From Chiloscyllium plagiosum (Eukaryota): a stretch of 64,000 nt of DNA. The stretch covers positions 104,722,937-104,786,936 of the forward strand of contig NC_057717.1 of NCBI RefSeq assembly GCF_004010195.1. Direction: 5' to 3'. Made by a program: the position numbers and the translations under genes. Shown here piece after piece: positions 39,990 to 52,620 of this stretch. The notes under the pieces are model-generated. The model was given only the letters and a program-made list of their open reading frames with translations. It had not been told where the DNA came from and did no database searches. The first letter of the stretch is position 1; every line of letters starts with the position of its first letter.

Positions 39990-42900
39990 AAGTAGTTGGC
40001 ACCTTGGCAGATGCTTATTCCCCAGTTTGTACATTCTATGGTGAATGATTCACATGTTGCATTTGTTTAGGAAGGCTTTCAGGGTATTCTTGTAGCAATC
40101 CCTGACCATTGCAGAGTCAGAGTGGAGCACTTGATTAGGGAGTCTTGTGTTGGGCATATGGACAATGTGGCTTGGCCATTGCAGCAGGTTGTGTGTGACC
40201 AGTGTCTTGATACTGGGGATATTGGCCTAGGGGAGGATACTTATGCTAGTCCACCTATTTTGCCAGTGGATTTACAGGAATTCACAAAAGCAGCACTGGG
40301 GATACCTCTCGAGGGATTTGAGGGTCTGCTGTACATAGTTCATGTTTTTGGAAGGTCGGCAGCACAGCTGATCAGCAGACCATGAGCTTGATACTAAGGT
40401 TTCAAGTCTTTGTTTCTCAGGTGCCCAAAGGATACACTCACATTGGAGCCAATGTTGCATTTCATTGTCAATGTCTGCTCACACTGATAGGAGGCTCCTG
40501 AGGTTTGGAAAATGATCCACATTGTCCAAAGGCTCACCGTGGAATTTTATAGCCTGGGGTGGTGTTGTGTGGCAGAAATAGTTTGGGAATGCACCTTTCT
40601 TTTCCGGATCTGAGGCCAATTTCTTCATATGTTTCAGTAAAAGTTTCAACAATGGCTTGTAGCTCAGCCTCTGAGTGTGTGCACACGTAGGCATCATCTG
40701 TGTACTGCAGCTCGATGATGTGTTGGGATTCTGGCCTGTAGGGTGTTGAAGATTGAACAGCTTCCCAACCTCTCTGTGGGTTAGCTCCACTGCACATGGA
40801 GCTTCATGAAGGTGTGGTGCAGTGCCTCAGTATTGAGGAAGATGGAGAACAGCAGTGGTGCAATGACAGAGCAACTGCTTGACCCCAGTCTATTGTGTCT
40901 GTGGTGGATCCACTGGTGAGGATCACAGTTTGCATTTCATTGTGAAGCAGGTGGAGAATGGTGAACAATTTCTGTAGGCAGCTGAATTTAAGGAGGATAT
41001 TCCATAATCCCTCACAATTGACAGAATTGAAAGCCTTTGTGAGGTCAAAGGCCATGTAGTAGAAGTTGGTCCTGTTCTCTGAATATGTCTTGATTTGTCA
41101 CACATTGTAAATCTTGATGGATGTGCCTCCTCACAGGCAGAGCCATGTTGAGACTCAATAAGGAGCTTTTAAGACATTGGGAGGAGGTGGTTGAGGAGCA
41201 TTCTCACAATGACTGTTCTCATGATAGACAAAGTCAGAAGTCACATGTCACCAGAGTATAATCCAACAAGTATACTTGAAATCACAAACTTTAGGAGCAT
41301 TGCTCCTTTCTTAAATGAAGAGTCCATCAGAAGAAGGAGCAGTGTTTGAAACCTTGTGATTTCAAATAAACCTGTTGGACTATAACCTGGTGTTATATGA
41401 CTTTATCCACCAGGTCAACACCGGCATCTCCACATCATGGTTTTCTCATGGTGGACATTAGGGAAATCCCTCTGTAATTTTCACAGTCAGACCTATCTCC
41501 TTTCTTGAAGGCAGTCCCAATTACACAACTGTTTCCTTCCAGTCAAGGGGGATGAAGTTGTGGATTCATGTCAAGAGTGCCTGTCTGCCGTATTTTAGTA
41601 CTTCAGCAGGGAATCCAGAGGCCTTGTTGTTTCTCAATTGTTGGGTGGTTTCTTTAACCTCACAGTGGGTTGGAGGTGCACGGAGCTGGTGATGGGCAGT
41701 GTGCTATGGGATGAGGTTGAAAACACTTGTACTGAAGGCTCATTTAGGTTGAGGGGTCCTCAAAGTGGTGTCAAATAGGCATTGATGAAGAACTCCCTGT
41801 TTTTGGCTCTTTCCAGAGTAGGTCTCTGGATACTCAGACCATCAATGGCTTTGATTGTGCTGAAGAAGCCACACACATATCATGGTTGTCATTGAGTTGC
41901 TGAGTCGCATTTGCTCTTTCCACCACCATCTATTCTCTAGGTCACCCTTGTTTGTTGCATCTCGGCGTTCAATTGCCTGTAGGCTTGTTTCCTCTTGGTC
42001 CAGTTTTGGTGGAGCTACCATTTCAGGAATGCCTTTCATGTGTGATCTAGGAGATCCTGGATTACCTGATTGTTCTCGTGGAACCAGTCTTGGTGCTTCC
42101 TGGTCAAGGGGCCAAGCATCTCTATGAAGGTGTTGACTATGACAGCTTTTAGGGTGGACCAGGCACTATGAGCACTCTGAGGCTCAATGTTGGTCATTGC
42201 TAGATTAGCTGTGAGGCACTGCTTGAGTACGTCTTTTCTCGCAGGGTCTTTTAATCTAACATTGAGTCTCCTGTGGCACAGATTTGACTTCCACTCTCAG
42301 GCTAGGTTGATGGAAATGGTAGATTCGAATAGTTGCTGATTGGTCCAGCAGTTGTCAACTCTGCTGGTGACACAGACCATTGCAATTCCTTGCTTGAATG
42401 ATGATGTCGTTTATTAGGTGTTAATGTTTGGAACAGGAATGTTGCCATGATATCTTCTGCTTGTCCTTCTGGTGGAACAGAATGTTTGTTATGATGAGGT
42501 TACGTTTTAGGCATTTGGCCAGGATGTGGACTCTGTTGGAGCTTGTTTTTCTTACAACTATCTTGCCAAAAATGCCTTTCCAAAGGTTTGTGTCCCTCCC
42601 GACTCTTACATTGAAGGTGCTCAGGAGAATCAACTTGTCTCCCTTCGTCATGCAAGATAGTAATTGGTCAAAGATGGTGTGGAATGCCTTTTGTGCCTCG
42701 TCCATTGCATCTAGGGCCAGGATTAGGCACAGATGACTGTGACATATTGCTTTTCACTGATCACAGTGAGCCATAGGGTCACGAGACGTTCATGTACCCC
42801 ACAGGGAAATTCAGTGAAGCATGTGACCATTTTAATTCTTATGATGAAGCTGATCTCATAGAGATGGTGTTCTTCTTCTGGGGGGGTTTGCTATTCTCGA

Positions 42901-43230
42901 AGAAGGTGTAACCATCTCCTTGTTCCTTAAGCTGGTCTTCTCCTGTTAGTCACGTCTCGTCCAGGCCAACGATACCAATATAGCAGTGCCAGAGTTCCTG
43001 AGCTATGTTAGCAGTGCGATGTTTAGGTTGGGGTTGTCCATAAGGGTCCTGACATTGCAAGTCCTAAACTTCATTTGGGTGGGGTTGGTGAAAGGAGGTG
43101 AAAGAAGATGATTCTTTCAATGTGGGGTGGTTGTTACTGACCAATAACCACAATCCAAGCAGAGTGTGGTCTTAACAGAATGGCAGGGAAAATCTGCAAT
43201 GACTGGAGACCTGGCTCTGCAATAAGGTGA
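39990..43230 (-). mobile_element. RTE-clade (RTE-1/BovB-like) LINE, decayed, near full ORF
   Basis: CNVRTLMD APE start, GDKLILLSTFNVRVGRD, FDLTKAFNSV, IIELQYTDD, GEPLDNVDHFPNL. Confidence 0.82.
41231..41442. mobile_element. Penelope-derived fold-back element, family 3, nested in the RTE
   Basis: Inverted arms (ttgaaatcacaaac...ggagcattgctcct / gaaggagcagtgtttgaaaccttgtgatttcaa). Degenerate TSD ttctcatgatagaca / ttctcatggtggaca. Confidence 0.7.
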
Positions 43231-43729
43231 TGGGGTGTGTGCGCTAATGAACATTTATCTTCCACTAATTACCAAACGCCACCATAGTGGAGTAGGAGGC
43301 AAAGACCATGACTGTGGCGACATGACAACGATTTTGTGTCGGACAGCTATCTGAACCAGAGGTCAGGGCACAGTCCCGGGCTGCTCACCAGCCTGAAATC
43401 CTGTGGCAACAGATTAAGGATCAAGTCAAAATGGTGCAAAATGAGCTGGGAAAGCCTGGCCTGGTGGAGGTCAGAGGTGTGTTGCTGGGGATTTGCCTTG
43501 AGCCAACCTTGGCTGACCCGATTGGATTTTAAAGTCGTTTTTTGAATATATCTGAGATGGATAGATTCTTTAAACTAGTAACATTAAGGTTACAGATCAG
43601 ACATTACCTCATTGAATGGCAGAATGGGCTAAAGGGACTTGAGGAGTAATAGGGTACTGTTTAAAAATTTCTGTTCATAAGTACAGTGTGATATTGCTGT
43701 TAAGATAGCAGCAAAGTAGGATGCTCCTC

Positions 43730-44180
43730 AGCTCCACCTATTCTCTTCTTTTTTCTCTTTTTTTGAGTGTTTTTTTTTTAAATTTAACTTGGAGGGGAAT
43801 GGAGGAGGTGACTCCTGGACCAGAGGCTGAGGTGGGAGGTGAATCCCGGACTGAAGGTTGTCACAGGGAGGCAAGGCCCTTGCAACCGGAGGTGAGGTCT
43901 CAGGTTTTGAAGCCCAGTGTGGTGCGGAGATTTGGCCTGGTGTAGTCTGGAGGCTAGATACCAGCATGGATTGGGGCAAAAGGGCTGTAAATAGGGTACA
44001 TTGTTTTCTCTTTATCCTTATGCTGGAATTTTATTTATTATTCTTTCAATTGTATCAAATACTTTAAGTATTTGTGCCTAGGTATCTTGTACCTAAGATG
44101 GCGCCATAAGCGGTGACATTGCAAACTTTTTGCTGCACTCATTCGAGTACACGCAACAATAAAGCTAATTCAATTGAACT
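43730..44180 (+). mobile_element. Short non-autonomous retroelement with Rex1-like 3' tail
   Basis: Ends gtacacgcaacaataaagctaattcaattgaa, similar to the Rex1 tail at 30031-30080 (gtacacgtaataataaa...aattcaattcaa). Confidence 0.45.
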
Positions 44181-44489
44181 GATATTCTTCTAAATTTAAG
44201 AATTGTTGATCTGAAAAGAAATATGCCTTGTTGGAATTTCCAGTCTCTATGTGCCACTGCTGTAAGCTCACTGACAGGCAGCAACGTAAACTGGTGCTAC
44301 AGTTTGCAGCAACACTGACCCTTGGGTGCTCCTGCTCAATTTCATAAAATATCTTTCATTTGAACTGCAGAGGTAGAGGTAGGACTTATTTTAGAGTTAT
44401 TTAATCTTGTGCACCAATCAGAAAATTTTAGAAAGATTTCTGAAGGTTTTGGACATTTAATTACAATGAGAAAATAAATTCTCTCTCAC

Positions 44490-44555
44490 CTGCATGCCAA
44501 TTATGGCGTAAATGAAGAACAGCATTGCGATCAGGAGACAGACATAAGGTAATGC
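44490..44555 (-). CDS. CACNA1A: Cav2.1 exon 33 equivalent: IVS5
   Basis: 66 nt, tatttttcag|GCA...CAG|gtgaga. Encodes [22 protein letters not shown]. Confidence 0.97.
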
Positions 44556-45439
44556 CTGAAAAATAGAATCAATTACCCATTCTATTCAATTCTCTAAATA
44601 TCTCAAAAATCAAAGATTATCCATCACATTAACAAAATATTTGAAGTTTCACAAACATGCTGACTAATTTGTTTCCATCCTGATACTGAAAACTATCAGG
44701 TGAAATCACATGCTAATATTCTGGTATTGGGAATGGAACACCTTTAATACTGGCCACATATTTACTATGTTGTGCCTTTTGGGTGGGGTTCTTGACATTT
44801 CCAAGATAAAGGCTGGCTTGATAGGCAGCGAGCCTGATAAATGGGAAAACCTGTGGAAGAGATGGCTAGAGGATCACAAGGAGAAGTGATCATGGGGTGG
44901 CCTGTTGGTGTAGTTAGGAGATCATGCTGGAAATTGTGGGTACAGACTTTTGGAGTGTCGTTGGTGGAAGAGATCACAAGGAGGATTGAGGATTATGGAG
45001 GTACGAATTAGAAGAGGGAGTTCACAAGATAACTTGTTAGGCTTGGAGAAAATGCTCCTTCAGGGCTGCAAATGGACTTACTTGATGGATTCAGCCCTTC
45101 ATACCTTATCTTTTACCCGTTCAGTTTCCAGAGGCAAGGGAACCTGACAGACAATAGTTAAGAATAGATAGAAGTTCTGCTAAAGTGGATATAACTTGCC
45201 TCCTGGGTGCAGGTTGGTCACCTACCACCTTTTCCTCCTTTAAAACCCAAAGTGGCTGATTTGAGCTGGTTTGGGTTTGAATTGAGATTCCTTTTAAAGA
45301 AAATTGTATCATTTATTTTCCCATCCAACTCATACTCGCCCATTTTAGAATTTAAAATTACCCTGCGACGTTAGGGCCTAGTTTTTCCAAATAAGATGCA
45401 ATGATTGTGTACAGAGTTAAGGTCATTCTACTCCAACGC

Positions 45440-45873
<434 letters not shown>

Positions 45874-47548
45874 CTACAAAAGTGAGATCAATGAACAAAT
45901 AGGATAGTTAAAGATGAACGCCTGCTCCTTTCTTCGTTGCATTTGACAAAAATGGCACTTAAAAAGATTCCCAAAAAACAAGTCTGGCCATCATCCAATC
46001 ATGGAAGAGAATGGGTTTATTTGTCAAAATATATATAAACTATATGTATATATATTTATAACACAACCAAATGCACTGTTCTTGGACACTAGCAAGCCAT
46101 AATGCGGAGTCTACTTGCACGTAAATGCATGACATATTCAGAGTTTGCGAATATGCACAGTTACAGAACACTCTGCAGAGATGAAACAATTCCTTTTAAA
46201 ATGATGATTTACATGTGTAGACTCCATTAAGCATGCACAGGCACCAACTGCAAAAAGCAAAAAATGTAGTTGTAGTCCTTGGTAAGAACTGTGGGACAAT
46301 AATTGTAGCTCTTGAAACACATGCAGCAAATGTACATTTCATTAGTGCAAGAGCTTGACTTCATCAATGGTATGAAACCAGTTATCAAATACCCACAGAA
46401 TGACAAAGTCAAACAAAAGATGGGAACACGTAAAATATATATGATCAAAATAAAGCCTTCAATCTTTGTTTACATGTCTTTCTTTTTGTGTTTTTTAAAA
46501 TTTTGGTCTTACCTAGGATCGTGAATATGTTATTACCTGGCCATTATACTGTTTCTTTGTGGAGATTGTCTCGTCAAACCCTTTAGCAAACAGTAAAGAA
46601 AGGAAAAAGCAGCGAGACTACAATTCTTGGGCAGAAACACTCTCGTGGTCTGGTCAACAGGATATATAGTGTTAAAGGATGATGCAATAACTTATTGGCC
46701 AGGACCCACTCCACTGTTGTGACAGAGTTTGTAACCAAGGAAAGGATTTCACACTGGGCAGATGATAACATCATTTAGTATGGATTTCTTATGAGAGAGA
46801 TCTTCAACATCATTATGGATCAGATTCAACTCAAGTCTTAAAAGATTAAAATATTAATCAATTACTCAAGTTACCCATTGTACCTGTGAAATTTTGTGGT
46901 GCATTTTCAGTACCCACGGCCAAGTCCTTTTGGTTATAATGTAAGTCTATTGCTTTTCGTGACCTGATTATTGAAAGAAGGACTTGGTGATAGGGGAGAT
47001 GGCATTGACATTGAAAGGTAAGTTTGAGAGATGAAAAGTGGATTTAGAAAGGAGGAGCTGACATTTGAGAATCGAAAACGTGATTGAGAAGCATCCTATA
47101 GAGCATGATGATCCCTGAAGGACTACAACCACGTTGTTGAGTAAAATATTTTAAAAAGGTATTTAATGGATGATATAAAAATATATATTCTGGAGCTTTA
47201 TTGATTGTTTTTGAGGACAAAGTGAAATGTTGCTGAAACTTCCTCTGTAAATTTAATAAGCTTTAATGAGACTTCACTATGCAGAAGATAAAACAAAAAA
47301 GCCACAACCTTGTTGCACTAAATGAACTTTTCATCATTACTAAGTAAATAATTAAGGGAGCAAATTTTTGAGGTTTTGCAAGGGGAGCATTGAGGTAAAT
47401 GAAGAGGAGGCTGGAGGGCACAACAAAATCCGAAGCCATGCCAAAAATCACAGAGCAAGAACGCAACAGCAATTCGCAATTCAGTGCTATACATGCAAAG
47501 GGTACTTAGTTTGTGTATGCATTAGGCTCAAAAAAATTACAAACCAAC

Positions 47549-47554
47549 CGTGGT
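47549..47554 (-). CDS. CACNA1A: Candidate 6-nt microexon ACCACG (Thr-Thr) in the IVS3-S4 linker (e31a-like)
   Basis: ctacatatag|ACCACG|gttggt, phase 0/0. About 240 nt upstream without AG, 7 upstream YCAY motifs, and TGCATG about 50 nt downstream. Confidence 0.6.
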
Positions 47555-47975
47555 CTATATGTAGATGTTGTTGATGGATGATTGTAATTGGATTGCATTG
47601 GGATTGAATTGCAACCAGTTTTAAAATTAGTTGGCATGGACACACAGACGGATACATGGATGGACACATGAATTTCATAGTGCATTTTGATTGGATGAAT
47701 TATTTCAGAAGGCGTTGTGCCAAAAAAGCACAGATTAAAGACAGCATGTGAAAAGACAAAACAAGAAATACATCAATCATTATTGGCAGTATTTTTTCTT
47801 TTAACGGCAATGATCTATGTCAAAATACAATAGTGATAGACTGGTTCAGCCAGGAATGGTGCACTCTAGCTGTACATTCCAATCAGGAAAGTGCAATGAA
47901 TATATAAGTGAATATACACAACTTATGGTTTGCACCTTGCTTCTTTGTTTTTGCATTTTTCATCACTATTTTCAC

Positions 47976-47981
47976 CGGATG
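47976..47981 (-). CDS. CACNA1A: Candidate 6-nt microexon CATCCG (His-Pro) in the IVS3-S4 linker
   Basis: ttacattgcaag|CATCCG|gtgaaa, phase 0/0. One base from the mammalian Cav2.1 Asn-Pro microexon (AATCCG), with UGC just upstream of the acceptor. Confidence 0.5.
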
Positions 47982-50959
47982 CTTGCAATGTAATTATACA
48001 AAAATTGCCCATTTGTAGTGATGTTAAAGATTTTCTTAATTCTCGTTATAATTTGGATTAGAAAAATGGGCTGGATTTTACAAGGAGTAGCAATCTCACA
48101 CAGAATGCCACTCCACCTTTTCTTTTTTAATGAACAGAAGACTCCAATTAGGGCTTCTTCAGAAACCTGGAGCTGTAATTCCATTCTGACGGTTCTGTTA
48201 CAGTGCAGAAATACTGGGGAAAGGCAAACTATATCCTCTTTTCATAGCAGTCAGCTATCATACTCTGAAATGTAAAGGTCCAGAATCACAAGCAATCACT
48301 TTGACAGCTGCTGTCAAATCCTAAATACGTAATGCAAGTGTCAGATTAGGGTCCTAGGAGGGTAGGGTGCTAAATGGATCAAGCTGCTAGGGTGTTAGGT
48401 AGGGATAGGATGCAAGGTCGGTAGGAGGTATGATTTTGGGGGCAGGATGCAATGCATGTAGAATGCCAACTCGGCTGGGATTGGAGTGCCAGGTGGGATA
48501 CAGGCAGGTGGGTAAGGGGTAGATTATCAGGAGGGTAGCATGCCGAATTAATGGGGTGCCAGGGTGCAAGGTAGAAAGGTAGCCAGGCAGGTGATGTAAT
48601 GTTTGGGGTAGGTTGATGTGGGTTGGAGAGGGAGGGGGAGAGTGGATGTCAGTCTGGCAGCAGGGGACCTGAACGGGAAGAGGTTGGTAGCAGATTGGGT
48701 CTGGAGCGGGTCCAGAGTGGAGGAAAGGGCCATTGGGTCCATGTGGGATGCAAAAGGTGTCAGGTTGTGTGGACAGGGGAGAGAGGGCAGTGTTAGGTCC
48801 GAGTCTGAGGTCAGTGCCTGGGGTAGATGTAGGTTTTTTTTATTATTCATTCATGAGATGAGAGCATCGCTGGCTAGGCCAGAATTTATTGTCCATTCCT
48901 AAATTAAATGTTGGTGATATATGTGCTAAGTACAGGGTCAGTTGAATACTTACTCAGTAATTAGACTATCTATTTTATAGTCTAACTTTTTCTGAATAAC
49001 TACTATATTCTATGGACCCCTCTGAAATTTCTGATTTAAATGGAGATTTTCAGAGGGTTCCAAGTACAGGGGTATTGCATGGCAGTACTTTAAATTTCCT
49101 GAACAATTTTTCAGAGTCTGCTACAATGGGGATTCCACAGGGTCCTCATTTTCAACTCCCGTATATGCTGGAATAACAACTGTTTGGCCATCAAAAAGTC
49201 CCAGGCCAGTAGGTAAGCAAATTTCAACTTAAAGGAGTGAAACAAAAAGGGCTCAAAAATGATGTTAAGAGGGTACTGGCAACATTTCAAGGGAGGTGAT
49301 TGTTTTGGAGGTCCAGCATACTACAGATAGTACTCTGATAATATAGAGATCGTTAATAAACATTTGGTTTAGGTCCTAACACCCACTATTATAGCAAACT
49401 AATTCCCGTTGTAGTTCCTGGTTTCTGCACAACACTCAAGTGGTTGAACCAATCTTTCACTATTCAACAACAAGCAGGCATCCAGCAAAATGTCCAAATT
49501 GGATTTTTTCCATCCACCACTTTTATGTGCAGAACAGTAATAATTGAACAGAAGTTTGGCAAACACCCTCTTTGTATCTACAAACCAAAGATAAAAACAC
49601 CACAAGGCTATTTAAACACAATCTCATTCTTAGACAATTATTATATGGTTCTTCACTCTCCCAAATATTTTTCCATTAAAGCACTAACTCTTTATGTTTA
49701 AGTCTTTCACCTGTAAGCTATAAGAATACTTATGATGGAAAGAAAATGAGAATATCTAAAGTGTTTTGATCTAGAACAGTACATAACAGCGCTCTGTTTC
49801 TGCCATTCTCCTATGTTAAACAGAACCAGGCAAGTTTACTTCTTCCTCTTATAAAATACATTATTTTTCAAAGTTCGATATGTTAAATAATGTCTGTGGA
49901 ATCAATAATTAGCTTTAGGAATGCTTGGAAAAAAGCATGCATCAATTGAAAGAGATCAATTGTACTTTTCTTAGATAATAAAAAATACTAGTCCATGTGA
50001 TCTAGTGACATTTGATCTTGAAACAGTACCAACAGAAAGAAAGCGAAGCTATTGACATTAAGTTGCTAGACATAAAGGACAGCTGCAGGCATGAATGAAA
50101 ACTACAAGAAGAAGAGTTGGAAGGTTAAGATGACCAGCACACAGATGCTGGCAAAAAAGAACACAGAGACACAACACCAAGCAGAATGGAGATTTCTTCT
50201 GTGGAGATGTAGTAAATCACTCACAGGAAAACATTTGGCTTAGCAGAAAAGGAGGCAGAAGTTCTTCTCAAGTGAGCTAAAGAGTTCTAAATCATGAAAA
50301 GCTGCGTAAATAATCTGGTGATACCTATTTCTCTCAGAGGTGGGCAAACCGTGAACCACATAATCAGCTGTGCAATACATTGCATTGTATAGCCACATTT
50401 CATTTCCATTGCTCACACCAGCATACCACAGCGTTTTTCTCAGGAAATGTTTTGCCAATTTGTTCTGATTGGTTTGTGCTGGACTGTCATAATAAAGAGA
50501 AAAAAAACCTGAATGATCTACATTCAAAACTGTGAAGGATAAAGTTGGATTTAATTGTACGGTTCTGTGCATTTCTATCTGGTCTCTGACCACATTTCAA
50601 TCCCTTTAAATGAAACAGCTACAAAAACTTGCTGGGTGCATCCTTTCCTATACCAAGTCCTGTACATCCATCATTTCTATCAGTGCTAACCTGAATAAAG
50701 CCTTAGTCCTCTAATGCCTCCAACTCAAGATACTTGATTTTGTGTTTAATTTCTTCTGTGGTCTCTCTTCTCCCTGTATCTCCTCTATTGCAACGCCAAC
50801 TCATCAAATTTTGTGGTTTTAATTCTGGTCTCTAGCTCATTCCCATTGTCCTTTTGCCTACCACCCCTTGCCTTACAGTACCTCAATTCTACATTCTGTG
50901 ACTTTCTTCGTAAAATATGGAATTGATTGCAAAGAATTATCAATTTTATCCTGCATCAC

Positions 50960-52620
50960 TGCTCTCTCCCCATAACCCTAGCTGTTGGGAAGGGAGTTCC
51001 AGGATTTTTACCCAGTAACAGTGAAGGATTATAAATATAGTACCAAGTCAGGATGGTGTGTCGCTTAGAGGGAAATTTGCAGGTTGTGATGTTTGTAATT
51101 GTCTGTGAGGTGCTCAAGGTCATCTTTTTGGAAGGTGTTGTTAAAGGAGCCTTAGTCTGGGGACATGAATTCAAATCCCACATGGCAGTTGATTGGAATT
51201 TTAAATCAATTAATAAATGTGGAATTGAAACTTAATCATGGTCAGTAATGGTGACTTCCCTATTGGCCCTCACAAGGGTATCATAGTAATTATATGATAA
51301 TAAACAACAGAAATGGAGAATTCAGCGATGATAATGCCATCATATATCAAAAGGAGATGGTTGGATTCTTTCTTGTGGAAGATGGTTGTTGCCTGGCACT
51401 TGGGTAGGATAAACATTACCTATCAATTATTAGCTGAAGCTTGAATATGTTCAGGTTTAACCACATATAGAGTTGGAATGCTACAGTTTCTGAGGACTAA
51501 CAAATGTTGCTGAACATTAATCTTCCCATTTACAATCTTATTACTGAAGGAAGGTCATTGATAAAGCAGCCAAAGATTATTGGGTCTAGATGCTACCCTG
51601 AGGAACTCCTGCAATGAAGTCCTCGGACTGAGATGATGTCCCTCAACAACTTTAACCACCTTCCTCTGTGCCGGATAGTACTCTAATCAGTGATGATGTT
51701 CCCTCTTCATTTCTATTTATGTTAGTTTTATTGGTGTTCCTTAATGCCACACTATTTCAAATGCTACCTGGATATCCAGGGCAGTCACTTTCACCTCATG
51801 ACTTCAGTGCTTGTTAATGTTTGGGCCAAGGCTGTAATGAAGTGAATAGCTGAGTGGTCCTGGTGGTACCCAAACTGAGCTTCAGTGAGCAGATTATTGC
51901 TGAGTACATGCCACTTAATAACACTGTCATTGACCTCTTCAATCACTTTGCAAATAGTCAAGAATAGAGTGATGTGGCAGAAATTGACTGGATTGGACTT
52001 GTTGTCAACAAGATACATTTGGGCAATTTTCCATATTGCCAGACACATGCCAATGAAATGGCTTGGCTAGTGACATGCCTAATTCTGGACCATATGTCTT
52101 TAGTAAATATGCCAGAATGTTTTCACGACCCATAGCCTTTGCAGAATCTAATGCCTTCAACTGTTTCTGGACATCATTTGGCATGAATTAAATTGGTTTA
52201 AAACTGGCATCTGCGATGCCAGGCACATCATTAGAAGATTGACAGAAATTATCCACTTGGCACTTCTGGCTTAAGATGTTTGCCAATGCTTCAGCCTTGT
52301 CTTTTGCACTGATGTGCTGGACTCCTTCATCATTTAGGATGGGGATATTTGTGAATCCTCCTCCATTGATAGTAGTTTAAATGTCCACCACCATTTAAGA
52401 CTGAATGTGACAAGACTGCAGAGCTTAGATCAGATTCTGCTTGTTGTGGCATTCCTTAGCTTTGTCTATTGCAGCTGTTTCCATAGTTTGACATGCACGT
52501 ATTTCTGTGTTTTAGCTTCATTATATTGATTTCTCATTTTTACGTATGCTTAGTACAAGTCCTAGAATGTCTTATTGTACTCTTCATCGTACTAGGGTTG
52601 ATCCCCAGCTTGATTGCAAT
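50960..52620 (-). mobile_element. CR1/L2-group LINE (second family), decayed
   Basis: ORF 51791-52048 WKIAQ...KSNPVNF...HVLSNNLLTEAQFGY; homologous to 19870-21590. Confidence 0.8.

Noticed and set aside
50218..50262. Possible 14-nt cassette (ctaag|CCAAATGTTTTCCT|gtgagt) in intron 31
   Set aside because: Several competing AGs lie just upstream and there are no supporting motifs; compatible with chance.
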